64,000 nt of DNA. Origin: Bacteroidia bacterium (GTDB taxonomy: Bacteria; Bacteroidota; Bacteroidia; M30B66). The first letter of the stretch is position 1, and each line of letters starts with the position of its first letter. A program made the position numbers and the translations under genes. The DNA lies in assembly GCA_965279035.1 (NCBI GenBank), contig OZ257142.1, positions 2,496,001-2,560,000 on the forward strand, in the 5' to 3' direction. This document shows, in pieces, positions 8,903-18,648 of the stretch. The notes beneath the pieces were generated by a model. That model was not told where the DNA came from, searched no databases, and saw only the letters and a program-made list of their open reading frames with translations.

Positions 8903-10288
8903 CTATAATGACTTCAATTCGTTCGCAAGAGCTGTCAATACACTTTTTGCATCTCCAAACAACATACTTGTTTTGGGATTGTAAAATAACTGATTGTCGA
9001 TACCTGCGTAACCTGCATTCATTGAACGTTTGTTTACAATGATATGGGTAGCATTTTCAACTTCCAAAATAGGCATCCCAAAAATAGGACTTGAAGGATC
9101 TGTTTTAGCAGCAGGATTAACAACATCATTAGCACCAACAACCAAAACCACATCAGTTGAAGCAAATTCAGGATTCACTTCTTCCATTTCGGATAGTTTC
9201 CCGTAATCAACACTAGATTCGGCAAGCAATACGTTCATGTGTCCTGGCATACGTCCAGCAACTGGGTGAATGGCATATTTCACTTCAACACCACGTGATT
9301 CTAAAATGAGTTCTATTTCATGAATCACATGTTGTGCTTGTGCTACTGCTAATCCGTAACCAGGAACGATGATTACTTTTTTAGAATAATTCATCAATAC
9401 AGCTAAGTCAGCTACTTGAATATCTTTAACCGTTCCGCCTTCGGCTGATGCACCTGCACTTGCAGTACCTCCACCAAATGCTCCAAAAATAACATTGCTT
9501 AATGGACGGTTCATGGCTTTACACATAATAACTGTAAGCAATGTACCAGCTGAACCAACCAAAATACCACCAGTGAGCATGGCTTTATTTCCATAAAGGA
9601 ATCCGCCGAATGCTGCAGCTAAACCAGTAAATGAATTCAACAATGAAATCACCACTGGCATATCGGCACCACCAATTGGAACCACGAAAAGCACTCCGTA
9701 CAAAAGTGAAAGTGCTAATAATAAATACATGAAAGCGGTAGTATTCAAATCACCATTAATGACCATCATTGCTCCTAATCCAAGAGTAATGATCATCAAA
9801 ATGGTATTGATGATATTGTAAGAAGGAATTCGAATAGCTTTATTCATTGTTCCATTCAATTTCAAGAAGGCAATCATACTTCCCGAAAACGAAACAGAAC
9901 CGATAATTAATCCAGCTAAAACAGGAATCAAAGCAGCAGTATCATGCGATAAATGCGGATACTCGATTAATGAAATCAAAGCAGCACAAGCACCACCCAT
10001 TCCATTAAAAAGTGAAACGAGTTCGGGCATTTTGGTCATAGCTACTTTACGAGCAGTAACCCAACCAGCAATGGTTCCAATGATAATCGCCAAAGCAATT
10101 AAACCATATATAATTCCGGGAACTTCTCCTTCGTGTAATAGAATAGTTCCGAAAATGGCTGTTGTCATTCCTGCCGCGCCAATCAAGTTTCCTTTGCGAG
10201 CAGTTTTGGGATTGCCCATCATCTTTAATCCAATGACGAAAGTCACAGATGCAATCAGATAGCAGATTTCGAGTAGAGATAAATTCAT
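8903..10288 (-). CDS. pntB: NAD(P) transhydrogenase beta subunit
   Basis: MT.MPELV, IGGADMPVVISLLNS, VPGYGLAVAQAQH, HPVAGRMPGHMNVLLAE and GANDVVNP motifs. Confidence 0.98.
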   Translation of the reverse strand: MNLSLLEICYLIASVTFVIGLKMMGNPKTARKGNLIGAAGMTTAIFGTILLHEGEVPGIIYGLIALAIIIGTIAGWVTARKVAMTKMPELVSLFNGMGGACAALISLIEYPHLSHDTAALIPVLAGLIIGSVSFSGSMIAFLKLNGTMNKAIRIPSYNIINTILMIITLGLGAMMVINGDLNTTAFMYLLLALSLLYGVLFVVPIGGADMPVVISLLNSFTGLAAAFGGFLYGNKAMLTGGILVGSAGTLLTVIMCKAMNRPLSNVIFGAFGGGTASAGASAEGGTVKDIQVADLAVLMNYSKKVIIVPGYGLAVAQAQHVIHEIELILESRGVEVKYAIHPVAGRMPGHMNVLLAESSVDYGKLSEMEEVNPEFASTDVVLVVGANDVVNPAAKTDPSSPIFGMPILEVENATHIIVNKRSMNAGYAGIDNQLFYNPKTSMLFGDAKSVLTALANELKSL

Positions 10289-10300
10289 GGTTCGTTCCCC

Positions 10301-10609
10301 TTATTTCTTTTTCTTAAACATTTCGAGCATGCGATCGGTCACAACAAAACCACCAACCACATTGAGTGTTCCAAGCAAAACAGCTAAAAAGCCTAATGCT
10401 AGTGAAACATAATCGTCGGATGCTAAATTGAGCATCACGTAAATTGCTCCAACAATAACAACTCCGTGTATCGCATTGGCGCCCGACATTAAAGGTGTAT
10501 GCAAAACCGTTGGTACATGACCAATTACTTCTACCCCAACAAATATGGAGAGGATGATGAAGTAAATCATGTCTATATTTTCCTGTATAAAGGCCAGAAT
10601 ATTTTCCAT
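10301..10609 (-). CDS. pntA: NAD(P) transhydrogenase alpha subunit, membrane part (PntAb)
   Basis: VPTVLHTPLMSGANAIHG and NVVGGFVVTDRMLEMF motifs. Confidence 0.95.
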   Translation of the reverse strand: MENILAFIQENIDMIYFIILSIFVGVEVIGHVPTVLHTPLMSGANAIHGVVIVGAIYVMLNLASDDYVSLALGFLAVLLGTLNVVGGFVVTDRMLEMFKKKK

Positions 10610-10642
10610 TTTGATTTGATTAAAAAATTCAGAATTACTCTC

Positions 10643-11758
10643 TTATTTAGCTACTGAAGGATGAACAGCTTTTCCTTGGTAAACGATTAAAGATCCTTTG
10701 GTGATTTCTTCATCCATTTCCCAATTGAATTTGTCTTTATCAGCTAAATGATATAAAAACGTACTGATGTTTTTTGCGTAGAGTTGACTTGCATTTAATG
10801 GAAGTAAAGAAGGAAGATTTGATTCTCCAATCAGAGTTACTCCATGTTTTACAACAGTTTGATTGAGTTCAGAAATTTCACAATTTCCACCTTGTTCAAC
10901 AGCCATATCCACGATAACAGAACCTGCTTTCATCGATTTCACCATGTCTTCGGTTATTAATCGTGGAGCTTTTTTTCCTGGGATCAAAGCAGTAGTAATC
11001 ACTATATCGGCATCGGCCACGTGTTTTCCAACAAGCTCTTGCTGTTTACGAAGAAAATCTTCCGACACTTCTTTTACATAACCGCCTTCTGTTTTCATGG
11101 AATCATCGCCTTTCAATTCGATGAAATATCCACCCAAACTTTGAACTTGCTCTTTAGTTTCGGGACGAATATCGCTCACTTCGACAATTGCTCCAAGACG
11201 TTTTGCTGTTGCAATGGCTTGCAATCCAGCAACACCAGCACCCATGATAAGCACTTTGGAAGGCTTAACCGTTCCAGCAGCGGTCATCAACATGGGAAAT
11301 ATTTTTCCTAAAGTATTGGCAGCTAGAATCACTGTTTTATATCCGGCGAGGTTGCTTTGAGAACTCAATGCATCCATTTTTTGTGCACGAGAAATTCGAG
11401 GAACGGCATCCATCGAAAATGCATTTACTCCAGCATTTACTAATGCTGAAACAGTTTCGGGAGTAGTTGCAGCAAATAAGAAGCTGATTAAGACAGCGTC
11501 TTTTTTCATTAAAGAAATATCTTCAACCAAAGGAGCATTCACTGCTAAAACAACATCGGCATCAGAATAAACTGATTTTCCATCGGTTAATTTGGCTCCG
11601 GCAGCTTCGTATATTGAATCGGCTAGAAAGGATTTTTCTCCAGCTCCTCGTTCAACAATCACCGAAAAGCCTTTTCCAACAAGTTCTTTCACCACTTCTG
11701 GTGTAATGGAAACCCGGTTTTCGCGGGCTTTTTTCTCTTTAGGTACAGCAAGAATCAC
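10643..11758 (-). CDS. pntA: NAD(P) transhydrogenase alpha subunit, soluble dI part (PntAa)
   Basis: PKE...E.RV, PRISRAQKMDALSS, GAGVAGLQAI and TTALIPG..AP motifs; GTG start. Confidence 0.96.
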   Translation of the reverse strand: MILAVPKEKKARENRVSITPEVVKELVGKGFSVIVERGAGEKSFLADSIYEAAGAKLTDGKSVYSDADVVLAVNAPLVEDISLMKKDAVLISFLFAATTPETVSALVNAGVNAFSMDAVPRISRAQKMDALSSQSNLAGYKTVILAANTLGKIFPMLMTAAGTVKPSKVLIMGAGVAGLQAIATAKRLGAIVEVSDIRPETKEQVQSLGGYFIELKGDDSMKTEGGYVKEVSEDFLRKQQELVGKHVADADIVITTALIPGKKAPRLITEDMVKSMKAGSVIVDMAVEQGGNCEISELNQTVVKHGVTLIGESNLPSLLPLNASQLYAKNISTFLYHLADKDKFNWEMDEEITKGSLIVYQGKAVHPSVAK

Positions 11759-11990
11759 AGGCGTTGCATTTGCGACAAAAATAGAAGAAATGCAACAACA
11801 GCAACAAAATTTGAAATTATCCTTGAACAGTTTAGAATCATTATAGATTACGGCCTAATGGAGAAGAATTTTCAAGTTCGCTTGATTGAAATTTAATATG
11901 AAATGAGAATTAAGTTCACATAAAGAATGTCAAAGTGTAGAATGAAATTCGAAAAATCTGAACGTAATTTGTGCTTGATTTCAAACCCGA

Positions 11991-12362
11991 ATGGAAATAA
12001 ATAAGCCGATCACTTTGGTCGTTGGTGCTAGTACTAATCCTGAACGATATGCATTTCGTGCCATCGAAAAACTGCGTGCGAATCACTACCCAGTTCTTGC
12101 ATTTGGTTTAAAAGAAGGACACGTTGGAGATGTGGTAATTTGCAAACAGCTTCCTATGCAAACTGCAATTGACACAATTACTTTATATGTTGGCCCCGAT
12201 CGACAAGCGGAACTCATTGAGCCTTTATTGGATTTAAAACCACGCAGAATAATTTTCAACCCGGGAACAGAAAATCAAGCATTTATTGAACAAGCAGAAC
12301 AAGCTGGTGTTATTGCTGAGATCGCTTGCACTTTGGTTCTTCTTTCCATGCATACTTATTAA
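11991..12362 (+). CDS. CoA-binding protein (CoA_binding_2)
   Basis: VVGAS.NPERY, DTITLYV, RIIFNPGTEN and ACTLVLL motifs. Confidence 0.9.
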   Translation: MEINKPITLVVGASTNPERYAFRAIEKLRANHYPVLAFGLKEGHVGDVVICKQLPMQTAIDTITLYVGPDRQAELIEPLLDLKPRRIIFNPGTENQAFIEQAEQAGVIAEIACTLVLLSMHTY

Positions 12363-12391
12363 TACGCTTAAGAAACTACTTTGAATTATCG

Positions 12392-14764
12392 ATGTTTTTA
12401 AAATTGAATACCGCTTCTCGATTTTTGTTTTTGTTTTTGCTTTTTCCGCTGCTGAATCAAGCTCAAGTAAAATATACATTAAGTGGTTATGTAAAAGATG
12501 CTACAACTGGTGAGTTTCTTCCCGGAGCCAATGTATATCTCAAAGAGAATATGCAAGGTACAACAACCAATGGCTATGGATTTTATTCTTTAACAGTTCC
12601 TTCGGGAAATTACACTTTAGGCGTTTCATTTATTGGTTACACAGAATACACAACTACCATAAAACTTAACGGGAATCAACGGATTAACATTACGTTGTCT
12701 CCTAAAATGATTCAAACTAAAGAAGTAGAAATAACAGATAAACGTATTGAGAATAATGTGAAAAGTACCGATATGGGGCGTGTTGAATTATCGGTAGAAA
12801 AGATGAAGAAACTACCTGCTTTCTTTGGTGAAGTGGATTTAGTTAAAATAGTGCAACTCATTCCGGGAGTTAAAAACGCAGGTGAAGGAAATACAGGTTT
12901 GTATGTGCGTGGTGGTGGTCCAGATCAAAATCTAGTATTATTAGATGAAGCAGTCGTTTATAATGCTGCTCACTTGCTCGGATTTTTTTCGGTGTTTAAT
13001 TCAGATGCAGTTAAAACTGTTGATTTACATAAAGGCGGAATGCCCGCTCAATATGGTGGTCGCTTAGCTTCGGTGCTCGACATCAGTATGAAAGAAGGAA
13101 ATAATCAGAAGTATAAGGTGGATGGAGGAATTGGAGTGATTGCTTCCCGATTAACAGTTCAAGGTCCAATTAAGAAAGATACTTCTTCGTTTATTATTTC
13201 TGCACGCAGAACCTATATCGATGCTGTAACCAAACCATTCATCAAAAGTACTTCCCCTACCAAAGGATCTGGCTATTATTTTTATGACCTCAATACCAAG
13301 ATAAATTACCGATTGAGTGATAAAGACCGCTTTTTTATTTCAGGGTATTTCGGTCGGGATGTTTTTCAATTTAAAAGCACCAAGAGCAATTTCAACATTC
13401 GAATTCCTTGGGGAAATGCAACCGTTTCGACTCGATGGAACCACTTGTTTAGCAATAAATTATTTCTCAATACATCCTTGATTTTTTCAGATTATCACTT
13501 CGAGTCGAACATTCAACAAACTGCTTTCAACATCAAGTTTGCATCGGGAGTTCGAGATTACAATGGGAAGCTTGATTTTACTTGGTATCCAAACGTTCGA
13601 CATACCGTAAAGTTTGGAACGAATTATATTTTCCACCGATTTTCTCCCAATAATACCAGCGGCGATATTGCTGGCGAAGCATTAGATTTTGGACCGAAAG
13701 TGTATTTGTATGCTCATGAAGCTGCCGCATACATTGGTGATGATTATGATATCAGCGAAAAATTGAGAATCCACGGTGGTTTGCGCGCTTCTTGGTTTGG
13801 ACAAGTTGGTCCGTATACACAATACAATAAGAATTCATTGGATCAAAAAACAGATTCGGTTAATTACAGCAAAGGAAAACTCATTAAGCAATATCCGAAT
13901 GTTGAACCACGATTGATGTTGCGCTATACCTTGAATAAAAATTCCTCCATCAAAGCTTCGTATACTCAGAATTACCAATACATACATATTACTTCTTTAG
14001 CGAATCAGAGTTTACCAACTGATCTTTGGTTTCCATGCACCAATCGCGTGAAACCACAATTTGGCACACAATATTCCTTAGGCTATTATCGAAATTTTAA
14101 AGAGAATGCTTGGGAAACTTCGGTCGAAGCCTATTACAAAACGATGAAGAACCAAATTGAATTTAAAGATGGTACACTTCCTTCGAGTGGCGTGGGCGAT
14201 AATCTCGATAATTACCTCACATTCGGAACTGGACAAGCATACGGAGCTGAGTTTTTTGTGAAAAAAGCCATGGGAAAAACCAATGGTTGGATAGGTTATA
14301 CCTTGTCTTGGACAACACGGAAATTCCCTGAGTTGAATAATGGGAAAACTTATTTTGCTCGTTACGATCGACGACATGATTTATCAATAGTTGTTAGTCA
14401 TGAACTTACTGATAAATGGACATTCGGGGCGGTTTTTGTTTTTGCTTCGGGCAATTTATTATGGCTACCAACCAGCATTTATTATTTTGAAGGGAAGCCC
14501 GTTGTTAATTATGGTGATCGAAATAATTATAGAATGCCTTCGTATCATCGCTTAGATTTATCGGCAACGTATACACCAATTACAAATCGAAAATTGAAAT
14601 CGAGTTGGAATTTCTCAATATACAATGTGTATAGCCGGCTAAATCCATACTTCATATATATAGAAACTTCAGGCAGTCCTTTATCGGGTGATTTGAAAAA
14701 CTCAGCTAAAAAGGTTTCTCTTTTCCCTATCATTCCTACGGTCACTTATAATTTCAGTTTTTGA
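12392..14764 (+). CDS. TonB-dependent receptor (start revised from 12326 to the ATG at 12392)
   Basis: Signal peptide, CarboxypepD_reg-like N-domain, plug motif VRGG.PDQNL.LLD, C-terminal YNFSF. Confidence 0.93.
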   Translation: MFLKLNTASRFLFLFLLFPLLNQAQVKYTLSGYVKDATTGEFLPGANVYLKENMQGTTTNGYGFYSLTVPSGNYTLGVSFIGYTEYTTTIKLNGNQRINITLSPKMIQTKEVEITDKRIENNVKSTDMGRVELSVEKMKKLPAFFGEVDLVKIVQLIPGVKNAGEGNTGLYVRGGGPDQNLVLLDEAVVYNAAHLLGFFSVFNSDAVKTVDLHKGGMPAQYGGRLASVLDISMKEGNNQKYKVDGGIGVIASRLTVQGPIKKDTSSFIISARRTYIDAVTKPFIKSTSPTKGSGYYFYDLNTKINYRLSDKDRFFISGYFGRDVFQFKSTKSNFNIRIPWGNATVSTRWNHLFSNKLFLNTSLIFSDYHFESNIQQTAFNIKFASGVRDYNGKLDFTWYPNVRHTVKFGTNYIFHRFSPNNTSGDIAGEALDFGPKVYLYAHEAAAYIGDDYDISEKLRIHGGLRASWFGQVGPYTQYNKNSLDQKTDSVNYSKGKLIKQYPNVEPRLMLRYTLNKNSSIKASYTQNYQYIHITSLANQSLPTDLWFPCTNRVKPQFGTQYSLGYYRNFKENAWETSVEAYYKTMKNQIEFKDGTLPSSGVGDNLDNYLTFGTGQAYGAEFFVKKAMGKTNGWIGYTLSWTTRKFPELNNGKTYFARYDRRHDLSIVVSHELTDKWTFGAVFVFASGNLLWLPTSIYYFEGKPVVNYGDRNNYRMPSYHRLDLSATYTPITNRKLKSSWNFSIYNVYSRLNPYFIYIETSGSPLSGDLKNSAKKVSLFPIIPTVTYNFSF

Positions 14765-15648
14765 TGAAGGTCTTTTATCGATTGATTTTTACTGGATTTA
14801 TTCTGGTCTCGTTTTCATCTTGTGAGCGTGATATACAAATTGACTTGCCCGATTCGGAGGAATTGATTGTAGTTGAAGGAAGTATTGAACCAGGTGAATC
14901 ACCCATTATTGCATTAACACGAAACAGAGGTTTTTTCGATAATTTTCCAACGAACCTTGAGGGTTTTATTAATGAGTTTGTGATTCAAGATGCAGTTGTG
15001 ATTGTAAGTGATGGACAAACAAGTGAGCAACTAACGTTTGTTGTAAATCCAATGGCTTACCCTTATTTCTATTATACCGGAAATAATCTTAAAGGTGAAA
15101 TAGGAAAGACCTATTCTTTAACCATCATTTCGAATGGTAAAACAATTACTTCATCCACACATATTTCTGCTGCCGTTCCCATCGATTCCACTTGGTATGG
15201 ATTGAATCCATTCGATTCAACGGAAGATAGTTTAGGTGTAGCTTACCTTAGTATAACTGATCCCGATTCGATAGGAAATGCGTATCGTTTGTTTGCCAAG
15301 AAAAAAGAAGAAGGTGGATTTAATCAAGTAGCTGGTTCTGAATTTAACGATGATTACGTCAATGGTCAAAAGGTGATTTTCTTTGCAGGACAAGGCGATA
15401 AACCCTTTGTAACGTCCGACACCTTTGTACCATTAAATTACTTCTATAATATTGGAGATACTATCATTTTAAAATTTTGCTCTATTGGTAGTAAAGAATT
15501 GAAGTTCTTTTATACGATGGATGCTGCGCTCAATTCGAATGGAAATCCCTTTGCTGCACCAACCATTGTGAAATCGAATGTGAAAGGTGGATTGGGTGTT
15601 TGGTGTGGATATTCGCCTTCATACGACACCCTAATCGCCATCAAGTAA
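14764..15648 (+). CDS. DUF4249 lipoprotein, partner of the TonB receptor
   Basis: Lipobox FSSC, VVEG.I, SNV.GGLG.W.G; ATG overlaps the receptor stop codon. Confidence 0.85.
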   Translation: MKVFYRLIFTGFILVSFSSCERDIQIDLPDSEELIVVEGSIEPGESPIIALTRNRGFFDNFPTNLEGFINEFVIQDAVVIVSDGQTSEQLTFVVNPMAYPYFYYTGNNLKGEIGKTYSLTIISNGKTITSSTHISAAVPIDSTWYGLNPFDSTEDSLGVAYLSITDPDSIGNAYRLFAKKKEEGGFNQVAGSEFNDDYVNGQKVIFFAGQGDKPFVTSDTFVPLNYFYNIGDTIILKFCSIGSKELKFFYTMDAALNSNGNPFAAPTIVKSNVKGGLGVWCGYSPSYDTLIAIK

Positions 15649-15651
15649 TTG

Positions 15652-15659
15652 TATATTTG
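15652..15659 (+). promoter_or_regulatory. Bacteroidota -7 promoter element for trxB
   Basis: TATATTTG-CCTT-ATG. Confidence 0.65.
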
Positions 15660-15663
15660 CCTT

Positions 15664-16614
15664 ATGAATACAAACGAAAACGAACATGTAGAATGCCTGA
15701 TTATTGGATCAGGACCGGCTGGGTATACAGCAGCTATTTATGCTGCTCGTGCTGATATGAAACCATTGATGTATCAAGGATTGCAACCAGGTGGACAACT
15801 AACCATTACCACCGAAGTAGATAATTTTCCTGGATATCCGAATGGTGTGGATGGAACTAAAATGATGGAAGATTTATTGGCTCAAGCCCAACGTTTTGGG
15901 ACTGATGTTCGTTTTGGTTTGGCTACAAAAGTTGATTTCTCAGGACCAATTCACAAAGTGTGGATGGATGAAACAAAGCTGATTACAGCCAATACAGTAA
16001 TAATTGCTACTGGAGCGTCGGCCAAATGGTTGGGAATAGAATCAGAAAGTAAATACAATGGCTTTGGTGTTTCGGCTTGTGCTGTGTGTGATGGATTCTT
16101 TTACCGCGGACAAGAAGTTGCCATTGTTGGTGGTGGCGATACAGCTGCAGAAGAAGCAACCTACTTAGCTAAGTTGTGCAAGAAAGTAACAATGATAATT
16201 CGTCGGGATGAATTGCGTGCTTCCAAAGCCATGCAACATCGCGTATTTAATACTCCGAACATTGAAGTGTTATTCAATACCGAAACCATTGAAATTACTG
16301 GAGAACAATCGGTAAGTGGTGCTCGATTCCGGAATCGAATTACGGGAGAAGAAACATCCATTGCTATTACAGGTTTCTTTGTAGCCATTGGACATGAACC
16401 CAATTCTGGAATCTTTAAAGAGTTTTTAGATTTGGATGAAAATGGCTATATCAAAACCATTCCGGGTAGTTCTCGCACCAATGTGGAAGGTGTTTTTGCC
16501 TGCGGCGATGTGCAAGATCATATTTACCGTCAAGCAGTTACAGCAGCAGGAAGTGGTTGCATGGCTGCTTTAGATGCCGAACGCTATTTAGCAACTGTTG
16601 GAATAGAAGCTTAA
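15664..16614 (+). CDS. trxB: Thioredoxin-disulfide reductase (start revised to the ATG at 15664)
   Basis: GSGPAGYTAAIY, CAVCDG, GGGDTA.EEA and GDVQD..YRQAVTAAGSG motifs. Confidence 0.98.
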   Translation: MNTNENEHVECLIIGSGPAGYTAAIYAARADMKPLMYQGLQPGGQLTITTEVDNFPGYPNGVDGTKMMEDLLAQAQRFGTDVRFGLATKVDFSGPIHKVWMDETKLITANTVIIATGASAKWLGIESESKYNGFGVSACAVCDGFFYRGQEVAIVGGGDTAAEEATYLAKLCKKVTMIIRRDELRASKAMQHRVFNTPNIEVLFNTETIEITGEQSVSGARFRNRITGEETSIAITGFFVAIGHEPNSGIFKEFLDLDENGYIKTIPGSSRTNVEGVFACGDVQDHIYRQAVTAAGSGCMAALDAERYLATVGIEA

Positions 16615-16632
16615 TTTTTAAAAAGACTTATG

Positions 16633-16662
16633 AGCCATGTAGATAATCTGCATGGCTTTTTT
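16633..16662 (+). terminator. Intrinsic terminator of trxB
   Basis: AGCCATGTAGA-taa-TCTGCATGGCT 11-bp stem followed by a T-run. Confidence 0.85.
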
Positions 16663-16756
16663 ATGCCTTGAAAATTCTTCATAGAAATTCCTTTTTTGAA
16701 AGCACAATTCATGTATTATTGATGATGTTTTGAATGTGCACAGTGCCTGAGCGGTT

Positions 16757-16835
16757 GAGGCGGCACCTTGTATAGCCGAAGACGCGACCTTTTTTGAGTT
16801 TGGGCAATTCGCGTGGAAAAAAAGGGCAGGCCCCC
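16757..16835 (-). repeat. GC-rich structured intergenic element, copy A
   Basis: Minus strand: GGGGCCTG-[CCTTTTTT..AAAAAAGG hairpin]-TC-N6-TCGGCTATACAAGGT-GCC-GCCTC; same architecture as 57220-57289. Confidence 0.6.
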
Positions 16836-16840
16836 TTAAA

Positions 16841-18040
16841 TTAATTCACCGAAATCTTTTGGTAACAAGGCTTCTGCCCTACTTTATGGATTTCGATTAT
16901 ATAAAAACCAATAGTTAATTGAGTTGGAATTGAGCTAGTTTTTTGTTGAATCAAGCGACCTGAAAAATCCCAGATTTTCCAATCAGAAAGTTCAGATAGA
17001 TTCTGCTGAACCTGCGACCATTCCTGACAATCCGTAGATTTTTCTAAATGATAAATTCCATTGTATGCGTTAGATGGATCTATTTCGATATCGACAACCA
17101 CGGGTAAATGATCGCTCAAATTGTGCAAAGCTTGAATGACAGAATCGGGCGCACTTGTATTGGTTGGCGGACTGATAATCGCAAGATTGTAATGATTTCC
17201 ATCGTTACCAAAAGCGCCATAGGTTTCGGGCAAAATACGTAAACCATGCGTTCCGTTGAGCACGTCTTCGGTACTGAGAATGAAGTCGAAACGATCGTCG
17301 AGTCCACCTGCTATTCCACTATCGAAACTTGTTGTTCGTGGACTTTGCGTATGAATGTCTTTGAAGGAAGTATTATTACTCCAATTACCGGGGCGATTGA
17401 TTGGATCGAAAAACTGACCGATTCCGGGAGCTAATAAATTTTGGTAAGCTAGTTCGGAGCTTGAATACAGATTGAAATCACCATTCATGAATGTGTTGAA
17501 CACTCCGGGGCGATTAGCTAAATCGGTTCGAATAGCTGCAGTTTGATTGGCGCGTTCGGCTTCGTTGTCGCTGCCCTGACTTGATTTCAAATGAGCCACA
17601 TATACGGTAAAGAACACAGTATCGGGATATTGGGTAAAATCCTGATCACGGAAATAGAGGTAATAAATAAAGGTTTTGCGCGGTAATGTGTAGATATACC
17701 TGTATTTGCTATATCCGATGCGGTGTTTATTGTAGAATAAAGCATTGCCAATAGAAAAATCGTAGATATAAGGAGCGGCGGCGTAAATAGATGTATCAAG
17801 CCCTTGCGACATAAGTGTATCGATGGCTTGTTGACCGATCATTTCGTTACAAGAAATCACATCGGGTTGAATATACCTAGAGATTGGTTTCATGTTGACA
17901 CCTTTGAGCGGATTGGCTTCGGGAAACATGAGCATATTGTATTGCATCATACGAATGGTATCCTTTTGAGCAAAGGAATTTAGGTTGAGCAATACGAAAA
18001 TGGAGCAAAAAAAGAGGTACTTCACAAGGTAAAGGAACAA
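16841..18040 (-). CDS. Secreted endonuclease/exonuclease/phosphatase (EEP) protein with a degenerate type-A T9SS C-terminal domain
   Basis: YN, CNE, HLKS, GDFN, DRFDFI and SDHLPV catalytic motifs; tail KIWDFSGRLI...GFYIIEI...QKISVN. Confidence 0.85.
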   Translation of the reverse strand: MFLYLVKYLFFCSIFVLLNLNSFAQKDTIRMMQYNMLMFPEANPLKGVNMKPISRYIQPDVISCNEMIGQQAIDTLMSQGLDTSIYAAAPYIYDFSIGNALFYNKHRIGYSKYRYIYTLPRKTFIYYLYFRDQDFTQYPDTVFFTVYVAHLKSSQGSDNEAERANQTAAIRTDLANRPGVFNTFMNGDFNLYSSSELAYQNLLAPGIGQFFDPINRPGNWSNNTSFKDIHTQSPRTTSFDSGIAGGLDDRFDFILSTEDVLNGTHGLRILPETYGAFGNDGNHYNLAIISPPTNTSAPDSVIQALHNLSDHLPVVVDIEIDPSNAYNGIYHLEKSTDCQEWSQVQQNLSELSDWKIWDFSGRLIQQKTSSIPTQLTIGFYIIEIHKVGQKPCYQKISVN

Positions 18041-18072
18041 CGAATGGATGGATTTACGAATTTTGTAATAGC

Positions 18073-18609
18073 ATGTTAAATCAAGATTTAATCGAGCGTT
18101 TAAAAACCCACTGGTCTTCTAGAGGTGTAGAAATTATTGCTCGAGAATGCATACATGACCCAGCTTTATTGGATGATTTGGTTAATATCATGTTGGATGG
18201 AAAGCCACGTGAACAGCAGCAATCGGCATGGTCTGTTGCTAAAATAAGTGATACACATGCTCATTTGTTTTTACCGTATACCGAACGTTTAATTGAGCAT
18301 TTAGCCAATCCGGGGCATCCATCAGTCATACGAAATACACTACGCATTTGGATGTTTGCATTACCAGATGAGAGCTATCATGGACGTATCACACAACTTT
18401 GCTTTGAGGTTTTAAATGATCGCTCTAAACAACCTGCCTGCAGGGCATTTGCGATGCATGTCTTAGGACATATTTGTGAACTTTATCCTGAATTGTGGAA
18501 TGAATTAAAGAGCATTATTCAATCAGGAATGGAAGTAGAAAATCCTGCCTTTTGTTCAGTTGGAAGAAATCTCTTAAAACATTTTGCCAAGCTCAAAATC
18601 GCTCCATAG
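18073..18609 (+). CDS. Conserved Bacteroidota helical (HEAT/ARM-like) hypothetical protein
   Basis: Q.SAW, RN.LRI, CF..L and YPEL..ELK pattern; full-length ORF. Confidence 0.65.
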   Translation: MLNQDLIERLKTHWSSRGVEIIARECIHDPALLDDLVNIMLDGKPREQQQSAWSVAKISDTHAHLFLPYTERLIEHLANPGHPSVIRNTLRIWMFALPDESYHGRITQLCFEVLNDRSKQPACRAFAMHVLGHICELYPELWNELKSIIQSGMEVENPAFCSVGRNLLKHFAKLKIAP

Positions 18610-18648
18610 TGTATTTAAAACACCCCATTTTTTTGCATCTTTAACCCG

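Noticed and set aside
10301-11758. pntA split in two as a pseudogene or frameshift
   Set aside because: Both ORFs are intact, and a split alpha subunit (PntAa/PntAb) is a known normal arrangement.
16730-16840. tRNA or known riboswitch in the GC-rich spacer
   Set aside because: No cloverleaf, TTCGA T-loop or recognisable aptamer motif; reported instead as an unassigned structured repeat.
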